Part shown: piece after piece, positions 1-13,400 of the stretch
Layout of the letters: each line of letters opens with the position of its first letter
How positions within the stretch are numbered: position 1 is the stretch's first letter
DNA from: Cyanophora paradoxa CCMP329
Taxonomy: Eukaryota > Plantae > Glaucophyta
NCBI GenBank assembly: GCA_004431415.1
Contig: QPMI01000445.1
Location: forward strand, 186,001 to 250,000
Direction: 5' to 3'
DNA: 64,000 bases
Notes under the pieces: model-generated
What the model was told of the DNA's origin: nothing
The model's input: only the letters and a program-made list of their open reading frames with translations
The model's database searches: none
Translations under genes and position numbers: made by a program

Positions 1-1330
1 CGGTTCATGGCTTCCGCATCTGGCCCCCGAGCCATCTGGTCTGGCTACGATGCTTGTTGCGCTGGCGGACGAGGAGTTCAGCGTTTCTGCTGTCAAGCAA
101 TGCTACTCTGCATTGGTTCATCAGACTGGCCTGCGCCTACAGCCTGCAACGGCGTTCGCGCACCCTCTGGTTCAACAAGCGCTGCAAGGAATTGTTCGTT
201 TGTGTGGTCGTCGGGCCAAGCAGTCCAAGATCGTCACGGCTGTGCATTTGGAGGCGATCGCTCGTGCTTATCTGAAAGCTCCGTCAGCTAAGCTCTTGCG
301 GGCCTTCGTCATGTTGCTTACTGGCTTCTTTGGCTTGCTCCGTCGTGGTGAACTCGTTGCTCTGCGTCGTCAAGACATCCAGATCCGTGCGGATCGCGTC
401 GTTGTCTTCATCGTCGGCTCCAAGACCGATCGCGCTCGCCAAGGCGCTCAAGTTGTGCTGGGCACTGTCGCGCAGTCAGTGATCTGTCCGGTTCGCTGGT
501 TTCGAGCTTACTGGCGCACCATCCAAGACCTCGAGCCGGAGGCGCCGCTGTTTGGTCAACTCTTCCGACCTTCGCGGCCCCTCGCGCCCGCCTCCGTTGC
601 ATACGTGCTTCGCTTTGCCTTTGAGGCTGCTGGCTTAGATGCGACGGGGATCGCGCCTCATGGGCTTCGTCGCGGTGGTGCTACGGCGCTAGCGGCTGCT
701 GGTGTGCCCGAGGAGCTTGTGCAAGCAGTTGGCCGCTGGTCGCTCTTGTCTGACGTGTATCGTCGCTACATCGATTCTTCTGAGCGCCCGCCTCTGGCTG
801 CGTTGATGGCAAGCCCTGGTTCTCGCTACGTGCCTCCATTGTCGTGTCGCCAGCAGGCTTCTACGCCCCTCTCGTCGCGGCGCAGCTAGCTGTCCTTTTG
901 TCTTAGTGTCTTCTTTCGCGTGTGCCGGCTTCGCCGGTGCTGGCTATGTCGCTCTGGGCCAGTGCAAGCTGCGCCTGACGCTGTCTGTACACGCACGTGT
1001 TGCAAACTAGCCTTGTTTTGTGTACCCTTGCTGTCTGCTGCGTTCGCAGCGTCTGTGTCGGCATGTAGTACTTAGCTGCTGCGTTCGCAGCAGCTCTTCT
1101 CGTACCCCTTTTGTTGCAAATTAGCTTACCCCTTTTGTTGCAAATTAGCCCAACCTTATACCCTACATGTACACGTGTACCCAGCTATATTTTCTGTACC
1201 CCTTGTCTGATGCCCCTTTTCCCTTTGCAGCTTGCACTGTCCTGCGTGCGACGAGCCATGTGTCTGTCTTCGCTGCTTCGCCTACGCGAATCCAGACCTT
1301 CACTTCATGATCAGACTTGGCTTAGAATTG
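1..1330 (+). mobile_element. 3' end of a tyrosine-recombinase (YR) mobile element with terminal repeat/hairpin region
   Basis: The YR ORF is followed by non-coding sequence with hairpins GCTGCG-TT-CGCAGC (1037-1050; 10-bp stem at 1074-1095) and a 23-bp direct repeat TACCCCTTTTGTTGCAAATTAGC (1103-1125, 1127-1149). The right boundary is approximate. Confidence 0.55.
50..889 (+). CDS. Tyrosine recombinase (phage-integrase family) of a DIRS/Ngaro/Crypton-type element; probably 5'-truncated by the window edge
   Basis: Intronless ORF with catalytic motifs LLRRGELVAL (R), GSKTD (K), HGLRRGGAT (HxxR) and GRWS..DVYRRYI (W, Y). The reading frame is open from position 2, so it likely starts upstream of the window. 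Confidence 0.9.
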   Translation: MLVALADEEFSVSAVKQCYSALVHQTGLRLQPATAFAHPLVQQALQGIVRLCGRRAKQSKIVTAVHLEAIARAYLKAPSAKLLRAFVMLLTGFFGLLRRGELVALRRQDIQIRADRVVVFIVGSKTDRARQGAQVVLGTVAQSVICPVRWFRAYWRTIQDLEPEAPLFGQLFRPSRPLAPASVAYVLRFAFEAAGLDATGIAPHGLRRGGATALAAAGVPEELVQAVGRWSLLSDVYRRYIDSSERPPLAALMASPGSRYVPPLSCRQQASTPLSSRRS

Positions 1331-1446
1331 CTTAGAAGCAAGGCTGCTTGTGGCAGGCATACACCAATTTACGGGACATAAGTCACAAGAGGATCAAAGA
1401 GTTCCATACATGGCGGTAATTTCTATCCCTAGACCAATAACACTGT

Positions 1447-4400
1447 TCAGGTGATTCCTAACTCTCGATTTAGCGGGTCCCGAAAACTCAACGGCCCAGC
1501 ATGGCAGCAAGCTTGCAGGGCAGGCAGAGGGAGTTCACTGGGTGGGACGAGGGTCCGAGGGCCCCGCTGGACGAGACGGGGACGACAGAGAACGCAGTCA
1601 TCTGCCCCGTGGGGAGGTCGTCGAAGTTGAACGCGGTCTGTGAGCCGGGCACGGTGCCGACGGGCAAGCCATCCTTGAGGACCATGTAATGGGTTGGCGC
1701 CCCCGTCGACGGGTGCTCCCACGTGAGCGTTCCTGTCGTGTTGGACACGATGCCTTGGTCCACGTTCGTGAGCTGGACGTTGGACGGGGCGGAGGGGTGC
1801 GGGGCAGGAAGACCCTTCGAAGCTGCATCGCCCACGCCATCCGAAGACGGCACCACGACTGGCGCAGAGCGGCCGGCGGGCGAGGGCCCATCGGTCGTGA
1901 TCGGCGTGATTTCCACCTTTGCACCAGCAGGGATGTTCGAGATGGGGTACTCGTTGATCTGTCCACCCGATGGGGGCAGGGTCGCAACGGGGTTGCCGTT
2001 CACACTGACTGAGTATCTGCCCAGAACGGGTCAGCTTTGGAAGCTTTGCAAACCAACTTGGAACTCGGCATCGCGATTCAATCGCTTCCCTGCTTTTCAG
2101 AGATGGGACTCTGGTACGTATACGCACCCTTGCAGGCGGGACGATTTGTACTCCTTTCCAGACGGTGTGCTCCACTTGAGCAGCACAGAAGAGCCGTCGG
2201 AGGAAGTCGGCGCCGCTGTCAGCGCGATAACCCCACGCGAAGCATCTCGAGGAGGAGCTGCCACCGCGAGCGGGAACGAGGCGGTCTCGGCGTTGCCGAC
2301 GGCGGTCATTGGAACCACGCGGTATGTAGCGGCGGAGCCGCCCGCTTGCGGGGCGGGGACGGAGGCGGACGTCTGAGCGCCGGGGACGGCCGCGACCATC
2401 TTGCCGTTGGCAACCACAGCGTACGTTGAAGGCGGACCGGCTGCCGGGTGGCGCCAAGACAGCTTCCCGCTCGAGCCACTTCCCGGTGCTGCAGTCAGCA
2501 GCAGGTCCGATGGTGCCTTCTCATCCGGAGCCGAGGATCGCTGTCCGGCACTAGGAGTGGACATAGGAGCGGACGGCAGAGAGCCAGAGAAACCCAGATA
2601 GGGGGCTTCAGGGACAGGGCTAGGCCCGATATTGTACGTATCAGCACCGTCGCTGTCCGGATACGGCTGCCCTGGCTTCCTTCGCCGGGCGGAGCCGAAA
2701 GAAGTGTTCCGGGCCGTTGAAGACTGGAATCCGCCGCGGTCGTCGGCGAGAGACAAAAGGGGGACCTGCGGGCTAACCGGCCCGCTCGGCACACCCGCCG
2801 GCGAGAGCGGCACCACCGAGAATACCGCAGGCGCCCCCGGCTGCGCATGCAGGCCCGTCGCCGTGAAGGCGTTCGTGGCGCCGCCCGAGGCGGGGACGGT
2901 CGCGATCTGCTGGCCGTTCTTGAGCACGCCGTACCTGCGCGCAGGCGGCCGCCCGGCCCGTCAGCAGCCCGAACGTCGCGATCGCGAGCCCGCCCATCCC
3001 CGCGCGATTTTTGCGGCCGGGGCCCCGCGCACTGCGAGATCGGGCCGTAGGCAGCGCCACGCGGGCGGTTCCACGAGAGCTTCGCGCTGGAGCCCGAGGC
3101 CGAGTCCGGTGCCGCCGTGAGCACGATGTTCGAGCCAGGGTCGGACGGGATGCCAGCCGAGAGCGGGGCCGAGGCCGGGCCGGGCACGCCGCCCGGGCCC
3201 AGCGGCACGACTACCAGGCTCGTCACGCCGTCGCGTGGCAGGTCCGAGACACTCGTCGAGGTCTTGCTGCCCGAGACGGTGCCGACGGGGACGCCGTCCT
3301 TGAGGACCTGGTAGCTCTGCGGGGCGCCCGTCGCCGGGTGATTCCAGGAGAGGGTGCCCGAGCTCCCGCCCATCATGCCCGCCGAGACGTTGTTGAGCTG
3401 CAGGTTCGACGGGGCGGCGGCCCTGGCGCCCGCGAACGGCCCGCTGGCGCCGCCGGCCGCGCTCGACGGCGTCACCGGCACCTGCTGGCTGGCAGGGCCA
3501 GTCGGGCTGCCCGACGGCGCGAGCGGCACAACGGAGAAGACGGCCGGCGCGTTCGGCTGCAGGCCCGTCGCCGTGAACGTGTTCAGCTCGGCGCCCGACG
3601 CGGGCACTGTCGCGATCTGCTGGCCGTTCTTGAGCACGGCGTAGGACGCCCTGCGCAGTCGATGGACCCGAGTCAGTTTTCGTATCCATTTCGCGATCGC
3701 ACCGCGGAACGCGCGCTGCCGCAGCTGCAGGCGCCGGTGCGCACGGAGAGCCCATGCCCGAGGCGCCGCCGCGCGGCCGGTTCCACGAAAGATTCGCGCT
3801 GGTGCTCGAGGCCGGGGCGGCGGTGAGCGTGAGCTCCGAGCCAGGGTCGGACGGGATGCCGGCCGCGAGGGGGACGAGGCCGGGCCGGGCGCGCCGCCCG
3901 CGCCCAGCGGCACGACGACCAGGCTCGTCACGCCGTCGCGCGGCAGGTCCGAGACGCTCGTCGAGGTCTTGCTGCCCGAGACGGTGCCGACGGGGACGCC
4001 GTCCTTGAGGACCTGGTAGCTCTCGGGAGCGCCCGTTGCAGGCGGGCTCCACGAGAGGGTGCCCGAGATGCCGCCCATGAGGCCCGACGAGACGTTGGTG
4101 AGCTGCAGGTTCGAGGGGGCCGAGGGGACGCCGCGGCCCGCCCCCGCGAACGGCGAGAGCGGGACATCGAGGCTCCCCGGCCCGCTCGGCACACCCGCCG
4201 GCGAGAGCGGCACCACCGAGAATACCGCAGGCGCCCCCGGCTGCAGGCCCGTCGCCGTGAAGGCGTTCGTGGCGCCACCCGAGGCGGGGACGGTCGCGAT
4301 CTGCTGGCCGTTCTTGAGCACGCCGTACCTGCGCGCAGGCGGCCGCCCGGCCCGTCAGCAGCCCGAACGTCGCGATCGCGAGCCCGCCCATCCCCGCGCG

Positions 4401-7400
4401 ATTTTTGCGACCGGGGCCCCGCGCACTGCGAGATCGGGCCGTAGGCAGCGCCACGCGGGCGGTTCCACGAGAGCTTCGCGCTGGAGCCCGAGGCCGAGTC
4501 CGGTGCCGCCGTGAGCACGATGTTCGAGCCAGGGTCGGACGGGATGCCAGCCGAGAGCGGGGCCGAGGCCGGGCCGGGCACGCCGCCCGCGCCCAGCGGC
4601 ACGACTACCAGGCTCGTCACGCCGTCGCGCGGCAGGTCCGAGACACTCGTCGAGGTCTTGCTGCCCGAGACGGTGCCGACGGGGACGCCTTCCTTGAGAA
4701 CCTGGTAGCTCTGCGGGGCGCCCGTCGCCGGGTGATTCCAGGAGAGGGTGCCCGAGCTCCCGCCCATGAGGCCGGAGGAGACGTTGTTGAGCTGCAGGTT
4801 CGACGGGGCGGCGGCCCTGGCGCCCGCGAACGGCCCGCTGGCGCCGCCGGCCGCGCTCGACGGCGTCACCGGCACCTGCTGGCTGGCAGGGCCAGTCGGG
4901 CTGCCCGACGGCGCGAGCGGCACAACGGAGAAGACGGCCGGCGCGTTCGGCTGCAGGCCCGTCGCCGTGAACGTGTTCAGCTCGGCGCCCGACGCGGGCA
5001 CTGTCGCGATCTGCTGGCCGTTCTTGAGCACGGCGTAGGACGCCCTGCGCAGTCGATGGACCCGAGTCAGTTTTCGTATCCATTTCGCGATCGCACCGCG
5101 GAACGCGCGCTGCCGCAGCTGCAGGCGCCGGTGCGCACGGAGAGCCCATGCCCGAGGCGCCGCCGCGCGGCCGGTTCCACGAAAGATTCGCGCTGGTGCT
5201 CGAGGCCGGGGCGGCGGTGAGCGTGAGCTCCGAGCCAGGGTCGGACGGGATGCCGGCCGCGAGGGGGGACGAGGCCGGGCCGGGCGCGCCGCCCGCGCCC
5301 AGCGGCACGACGACCAGGCTCGTCACGCCGTCGCGCGGCAGGTCCGAGACGCTCGTCGAGGTCTTGCTGCCCGAGACGGTGCCGACGGGGACGCCGTCCT
5401 TGAGGACCTGGTAGCTCTCGGGAGCGCCCGTTGCAGGCGGGCTCCACGAGAGGGTGCCCGAGATGCCGCCCATGAGGCCCGACGAGACGTTGGTGAGCTG
5501 CAGGTTCGAGGGGGCCGAGGGGACGCCGCGGCCCGCCCCCGCGAACGGCGAGAGCGGGACATCGAGGCTCCCCGGCCCGCTCGGCACACCCGCCGGCGAG
5601 AGCGGCACCACCGAGAATACCGCAGGCACCCCCGGCTGCAGGCCCGTCGCCGTGAAGGCGTTCGTGGCGCCGCCCGAGGCGGGGACGGTCGCGATCTGCT
5701 GGCCGTTCTTGAGCACGCCGTACCTGCGCGCAGGCGGCCGCCCGGCCCGTCAGCAGCCCGAACGTCGCGATCGCGAGCCCGCCCATCCCCGCGCGATTTT
5801 TGCGGCCGGGGCCCCGCGCACTGCGAGATCGGGCCGTAGGCAGCGCCACGCGGGCGGTTCCACGAGAGCTTCGCGCTGGAGCCCGAGGCCGAGTCCGGTG
5901 CCGCCGTGAGCACGATGTTCGAGCCAGGGTCGGACGGGATGCCAGCCGAGAGCGGGGCCGAGGCCGGGCCGGGCACGCCGCCCGCGCCCAGCGGCACGAC
6001 TACCAGGCTCGTCACGCCGTCGCGCGGCAGGTCCGAGACACTCGTCGAGGTCTTGCTGCCCGAGACGGTGCCGACGGGGACGCCTTCCTTGAGAACCTGG
6101 TAGCTCTGCGGGGCGCCCGTCGCCGGGTGATTCCAGGAGAGGGTGCCCGAGCTCCCGCCCATGAGGCCGGAGGAGACGTTGTTGAGCTGCAGGTTCGACG
6201 GGGCGGCGGCCCTGGCGCCCGCGAACGGCCCGCTGGCGCCGCCGGCCGCGCTCGACGGCGTCACCGGCACCTGCTGGCTGGCAGGGCCAGTCGGGCTGCC
6301 CGACGGCGCGAGCGGCACAACGGAGAAGACGGCCGGCGCGTTCGGCTGCAGGCCCGTCGCCGTGAACGTGTTCAGCTCGGCGCCCGACGCGGGCACTGTC
6401 GCGATCTGCTGGCCGTTCTTGAGCACGGCGTAGGACGCCCTGCGCAGTCGATGGACCCGAGTCAGTTTTCGTATCCATTTCGCGATCGCACCGCGGAACG
6501 CGCGCTGCCGCAGCTGCAGGCGCCGGTGCGCACGGAGAGCCCATGCCCGAGGCGCCGCCGCGCGGCCGGTTCCACGAAAGATTCGCGCTGGTGCTCGAGG
6601 CCGGGGCGGCGGTGAGCGTGAGCTCCGAGCCAGGGTCGGACGGGATGCCGGCCGCGAGGGGGGACGAGGCCGGGCCGGGCGCGCCGCCCGCGCCCAGCGG
6701 CACGACGACCAGGCTCGTCACGCCGTCGCGCGGCAGGTCCGAGACACTCGTCGAGGTCTTGCTGCCCGAGACGGTGCCGACGGGGACGCCTTCCTTGAGA
6801 ACCTGGTAGCTCTGCGGGGCGCCCGTCGCCGGGTGATTCCAGGAGAGGGTGCCCGAGCTCCCGCCCATCATGCCCGACGAGACGTTGTTGAGCTGCAGGT
6901 TCGACGGGGCGGCGGCCCTGGCGCCCGCGAACGGCCCGCTGGCGCCGCCGGCCGCGCTCGACGGCGTCACCGGCACCTGCTGGCTGGCAGGGCCAGTCGG
7001 GCTGCCCGACGGCGCGAGCGGCACAACGGAGAAGACGGCCGGCGCGTTCGGCTGCAGGCCCGTCGCCGTGAACGTGTTCAGCTCGGCGCCCGACGCGGGC
7101 ACTGTCGCGATCTGCTGGCCGTTCTTGAGCACGGCGTAGGACGCCCTGCGCAGTCGATGGACCCGAGTCAATTTTCGAATCCATTTCGCGATCGCACCGC
7201 GGAACGCGCGCTGCCGCAGCTGCAGGCGCCGGTGCGCACGGAGAGCCCATGCCCGAGGCGCCGCCGCGCGGCCGGTTCCACGAAAGATTCGCGCTGGTGC
7301 TCGAGGCCGGGGCGGCGGTGAGCGTGAGCTCCGAGCCAGGGTCGGACGGGATGCCGGCCGCGAGGGGGGACGAGGCCGGGCCGGGCGCGCCGCCCGCGCC

Positions 7401-10400
7401 CAGCGGCACGACGACCAGGCTCGTCACGCCGTCGCGCGGCAGGTCCGAGACGCTCGTCGAGGTCTTGCTGCCCGAGACGGTGCCGACGGGGACGCCGTCC
7501 TTGAGGACCTGGTAGCTCTCGGGAGCGCCCGTTGCAGGCGGGCTCCACGAGAGCGTGCCCGAGGTGCCGCCCATGAGGCCCGACGAGACGTTGGTGAGCT
7601 GCAGGTTCGAGGGGGCCGAGGGGACGCCGCGGCCCGCCCCCGCGAACGGCGAGAGCGGGACATCGAGGCTCCCCGGCCCGCTCGGCACACCCGCCGGCGA
7701 GAGCGGCACCACCGAGAATACCGCAGGCGCCCCCGGCTGCAGGCCCGTCGCCGTGAAGGCGTTCGTGGCGCCGCCCGAGGCGGGGACGGTCGCGATCTGC
7801 TGGCCGTTCTTGAGCACGCCGTACCTGCGCGCAGGCGGCCGCCCGGCCCGTCAGCAGCCCGAACGTCGCGATCGCGAGCCCGCCCATCCCCGCGCGATTT
7901 TTGCGGCCGGGGCCCCGCGCACTGCGAGATCGGGCCGTAGGCAGCGCCACGCGGGCGGTTCCACGAGAGCTTCGCGCTGGAGCCCGAGGCCGAGTCCGGT
8001 GCCGCCGTGAGCACGATGTTCGAGCCAGGGTCGGACGGGATGCCAGCCGAGAGCGGGGCCGAGGCCGGGCCGGGCACGCCGCCCGCGCCCAGCGGCACGA
8101 CTACCAGGCTCGTCACGCCGTCGCGCGGCAGGTCCGAGACACTCGTCGAGGTCTTGCTGCCCGAGACGGTGCCGACGGGGACGCCGTCCTTGAGGACCTG
8201 GTAGCTCTGCGGGGCGCCCGTCGCCGGGTGATTCCAGGAGAGGGTGCCCGAGCTCCCGCCCATCATGCCCGCCGAGACGTTGTTGAGCTGCAGGTTCGAC
8301 GGGGCGGCGGCCCTGGCGCCCGCGAACGGCCCGCTGGCGCCGCCGGCCGCGCTCGACGGCGTCACCGGCACCTGCTGGCTGGCAGGGCCAGTCGGGCTGC
8401 CCGACGGCGCGAGCGGCACAACGGAGAAGACGGCCGGCGCGTTCGGCTGCAGGCCCGTCGCCGTGAACGTGTTCAGCTCGGCGCCCGACGCGGGCACTGT
8501 CGCGATCTGCTGGCCGTTCTTGAGCACGGCGTAGGACGCCCTGCGCAGTCGATGGACCCGAGTCAGTTTTCGAATCCATTTCGCGATCGCACCGCGGAAC
8601 GCGCGCTGCCGCAGCTGCAGGCGCCGGTGCGCACGGAGAGCCCATGCCCGAGGCGCCGCCGCGCGGCCGGTTCCACGAAAGATTCGCGCTGGTGCTCGAG
8701 GCCGGGGCGGCGGTGAGCGTGAGCTCCGAGCCAGGGTCGGACGGGATGCCGGCCGCGAGGGGGGACGAGGCCGGGCCGGGCGCGCCGCCCGCGCCCAGCG
8801 GCACGACGACCAGGCTCGTCACGCCGTCGCGCGGCAGGTCCGAGACGCTCGTCGAGGTCTTGCTGCCCGAGACGGTGCCGACGGGGACGCCGTCCTTGAG
8901 GACCTGGTAGCTCTCGGGAGCGCCCGTTGCAGGCGGGCTCCACGAGAGCGTGCCCGAGGTGCCGCCCATGAGGCCCGACGAGACGTTGGTGAGCTGCAGG
9001 TTCGAGGGGGCCGAGGGGACGCCGCGGCCCGCCCCGCGAACGGCGAGAGCGGGACATCGAGGCTCCCCGGCCCGCTCGGCACACCCGCCGGCGAGAGCGG
9101 CACCACCGAGAATACCGCAGGCGCCCCCGGCTGCAGGCCCGTCGCCGTGAAGGCGTTCGTGGCGCCGCCCGAGGCGGGGACGGTCGCGATCTGCTGGCCG
9201 TTCTTGAGCACGCCGTACCTGCGCGCAGGCGGCCGCCCGGCCCGTCAGCAGCCCGAACGTCGCGATCGCGAGCCCGCCCATCCCGCGCGATTTTTGCGGC
9301 CGGGGCCCCGCGCACTGCGAGATCGGGCCGTAGGCAGCGCCACGCGGGCGGTTCCACGAGAGCTTCGCGCTGGAGCCCGAGGCCGAGTCCGGTGCCGCCG
9401 TGAGCACGATGTTCGAGCCAGGGTCGGACGGGATGCCAGCCGAGAGCGGGGCCGAGGCCGGGCCGGGCACGCCGCCCGCGCCCAGCGGCACGACTACCAG
9501 GCTCGTCACGCCGTCGCGCGGCAGGTCCGAGACACTCGTCGAGGTCTTGCTGCCCGAGACGGTGCCGACGGGGACGCCGTCCTTGAGGACCTGGTAGCTC
9601 TGCGGGGCGCCCGTCGCCGGGTGATTCCAGGAGAGGGTGCCCGAGCTCCCGCCCATCATGCCCGCCGAGACGTTGTTGAGCTGCAGGTTCGACGGGGCGG
9701 CGGCCCTGGCGCCCGCGAACGGCCCGCTGGCGCCGCCGGCCGCGCTCGACGGCGTCACCGGCACCTGCTGGCTGGCAGGGCCAGTCGGGCTGCCCGACGG
9801 CGCGAGCGGCACAACGGAGAAGACGGCCGGCGCGTTCGGCTGCAGGCCCGTCGCCGTGAACGTGTTCAGCTCGGCGCCCGACGCGGGCACTGTCGCGATC
9901 TGCTGGCCGTTCTTGAGCACGGCGTAGGACGCCCTGCGCAGTCGATGGACCCGAGTCAGTTTTCGAATCCATTTCGCGATCGCACCGCGGAACGCGCGCT
10001 GCCGCAGCTGCAGGCGCCGGTGCGCACGGAGAGCTCATGCCCGAGGCGCCGCCGCGCGGCCGGTTCCACGAAAGATTCGCGCTGGTGCTCGAGGCCGGGG
10101 CGGCGGTGAGCGTGAGCTCCGAGCCAGGGTCGGACGGGATGCCGGCCGCGAGGGGGGACGAGGCCGGGCCGGGCGCGCCGCCCGCGCCCAGCGGCACGAC
10201 GACCAGGCTCGTCACGCCGTCGCGCGGCAGGTCCGAGACGCTCGTCGAGGTCTTGCTGCCCGAGACGGTGCCGACGGGGACGCCGTCCTTGAGGACCTGG
10301 TAGCTCTCGGGAGCGCCCGTTGCAGGCGGGCTCCACGAGAGCGTGCCCGAGGTGCCGCCCATGAGGCCCGACGAGACGTTGGTGAGCTGCAGGTTCGAGG

Positions 10401-13400
10401 GGGCCGAGGGGACGCCGCGGCCCGCCCCCGCGAACGGCGAGAGCGGGACATCGAGGCTCCCCGGCCCGCTCGGCACACCCGCCGGCGAGAGCGGCACCAC
10501 CGAGAATACCGCAGGCACCCCCGGCTGCAGGCCCGTCGCCGTGAAGGCGTTCGTGGCGCCGCCCGAGGCGGGGACGGTCGCGATCTGCTGGCCGTTCTTG
10601 AGCACGCCGTACCTGCGCGCAGGCGGCCGCCCGGCCCGTCAGCAGCCCGAACGTCGCGATCGCGAGCCCGCCCATCCCCGCGCGATTTTTGCGGCCGGGG
10701 CCCCGCGCACTGCGAGATCGGGCCGTAGGCAGCGCCACGCGGGCGGTTCCACGAGAGCTTCGCGCTGGAGCCCGAGGCCGAGTCCGGTGCCGCCGTGAGC
10801 ACAATGTTCGAGCCAGGGTCGGACGGGATGCCAGCCGAGAGCGGGGCCGAGGCCGGGCCGGGCACGCCGCCCGCGCCCAGCAGCACGACTACCAGGCTCG
10901 TCACGCCGTCGCGTGGCAGGTCCGAGACACTCGTCGAGGTCTTGCTGCCCGAGACGGTGCCGACGGGGACGCCGTCCTTGAGGACCTGGTAGCTCTGCGG
11001 GGCGCCCGTCGCCGGGTGATTCCAGGAGAGGGTGCCCGAGCTCCCGCCCATCATGCCCGACGAGACGTTGTTGAGCTGCAGGTTCGACGGGGCGGCGGCC
11101 CTGGCGCCCGCGAACGGCCCGCTGGCGCCGCCGGCCGCGCTCGACGGCGTCACCGGCACCTGCTGGCTGGCAGGGCCAGTCGGGCTGCCCGACGGCGCGA
11201 GCGGCACAACGGAGAAGACGGCCGGCGCGTTCGGCTGCAGGCCCGTCGCCGTGAACGTGTTCAGCTCGGCGCCCGACGCGGGCACTGTCGCGATCTGCTG
11301 GCCGTTCTTGAGCACGGCGTAGGACGCCCTGCGCAGTCGATGGACCCGAGTCAGTTTTCGAATCCATTTCGCGATCGCACCGCGGAACGCGCGCTGCCGC
11401 AGCTGCAGGCGCCGGTGCGCACGGAGAGCCCACCGAGGCGCCGCCGCGCGGCCGGTTCCACGAAAGATTCGCGCTGGTGCTCGAGGCCGGGGCGGCGGTG
11501 AGCGTGAGCTCCGAGCCAGGGTCGGACGGGATGCCGGCCGCGAGGGGGACGAGGCCGGGCCGGGCACGCCGCCCGCGCCCAGCGGCACGACGACCAGGCT
11601 CGTCACGCCGTCGCGCGGCAGGTCCGAGACGCTCGTCGAGGTCTTGCTGCCCGAGACGGTGCCGACGGGGACGCCGTCCTTGAGGACCTGGTAGCTCTCG
11701 GGAGCGCCCGTTGCAGGCGGGCTCCACGAGAGCGTGCCCGAGGTGCCGCCCATGAGGCCCGACGAGACGTTGGTGAGCTGCAGGTTCGAGGGGGCCGAGG
11801 GGACGCCGCGGCCCGCCCCCGCGAACGGCGAGAGCGGGACATCGAGGCTCCCCGGCCCGCTCGGCACACCCGCCGGCGAGAGCGGCACCACCGAGAATAC
11901 CGCAGGCGCCCCCGGCTGCAGGCCCGTCGCCGTGAAGGCGTTCGTGGCGCCGCCCGAGGCGGGGACGGTCGCGATCTGCTGGCCGTTCTTGAGCACGCCG
12001 TACCTGCGCGCAGGCGGCCGCCCGGCCCGTCAGCAGCCCGAACGTCGCGATCGCGAGCCCGCCCATCCCCGCGCGATTTTTGCGGCCGGGGCCCCGCGCA
12101 CTGCGAGATCGGGCCGTAGGCAGCGCCACGCGGGCGGTTCCACGAGAGCTTCGCGCTGGAGCCCGAGGCCGAGTCCGGTGCCGCCGTGAGCACGATGTTC
12201 GAGCCAGGGTCGGACGGGATGCCAGCCGAGAGCGGGGCCGAGGCCGGGCCGGGCACGCCGCCCGCGCCCAGCGGCACGACTACCAGGCTCGTCACGCCGT
12301 CGCGTGGCAGGTCCGAGACACTCGTCGAGGTCTTGCTGCCCGAGACGGTGCCGACGGGGACGCCGTCCTTGAGGACCTGGTAGCTCTGCGGGGCGCCCGT
12401 CGCCGGGTGATTCCAGGAGAGGGTGCCCGAGCTCCCGCCCATCATGCCCGACGAGACGTTGTTGAGCTGCAGGTTCGACGGGGCGGCGGCCCTGGCGCCC
12501 GCGAACGGCCCGCTGGCGCCGCCGGCCGCGCTCGACGGCGTCACCGGCACCTGCTGGCTGGCAGGGCCAGTCGGGCTGCCCGACGGCGCGAGCGGCACAA
12601 CGGAGAAGACGGCCGGCGCGTTCGGCTGCAGGCCCGTCGCCGTGAACGTGTTCAGCTCGGCGCCCGACGCGGGCACTGTCGCGATCTGCTGGCCGTTCTT
12701 GAGCACGGCGTAGGACGCCCTGCGCAGTCGATGGACCCGAGTCAGTTTTCGAATCCATTTCGCGATCGCACCGCGGAACGCGCGCTGCCGCAGCTGCAGG
12801 CGCCGGTGCGCACGGAGAGCCCACCGAGGCGCCGCCGCGCGGCCGGTTCCACGAAAGATTCGCGCTGGTGCTCGAGGCCGGGGCGGCGGTGAGCGTGAGC
12901 TCCGAGCCAGGGTCGGACGGGATGCCGGCCGCGAGGGGGGACGAGGCCGGGCCGGGCACGCCGCCCGCGCCCAGCGGCACGACGACCAGGCTCGTCACGC
13001 CGTCGCGCGGCAGGTCCGAGACGCTCGTCGAGGTCTTGCTGCCCGAGACGGTGCCGACGGGGACGCCGTCCTTGAGGACCTGGTAGCTCTCGGGAGCGCC
13101 CGTTGCAGGCGGGCTCCACGAGAGCGTGCCCGAGGTGCCGCCCATGAGGCCCGACGAGACGTTGGTGAGCTGCAGGTTCGAGGGGGCCGAGGGGACGCCG
13201 CGGCCCGCCCCGCGAACGGCGAGAGCGGGACATCGAGGCTCCCCGGCCCGCTCGGCACACCCGCCGGCGAGAGCGGCACCACCGAGAATACCGCAGGCGC
13301 CCCCGGCTGCAGGCCCGTCGCCGTGAAGGCGTTCGTGGCGCCGCCCGAGGCGGGGACGGTCGCGATCTGCTGGCCGTTCTTGAGCACGCCGTACCTGCGC

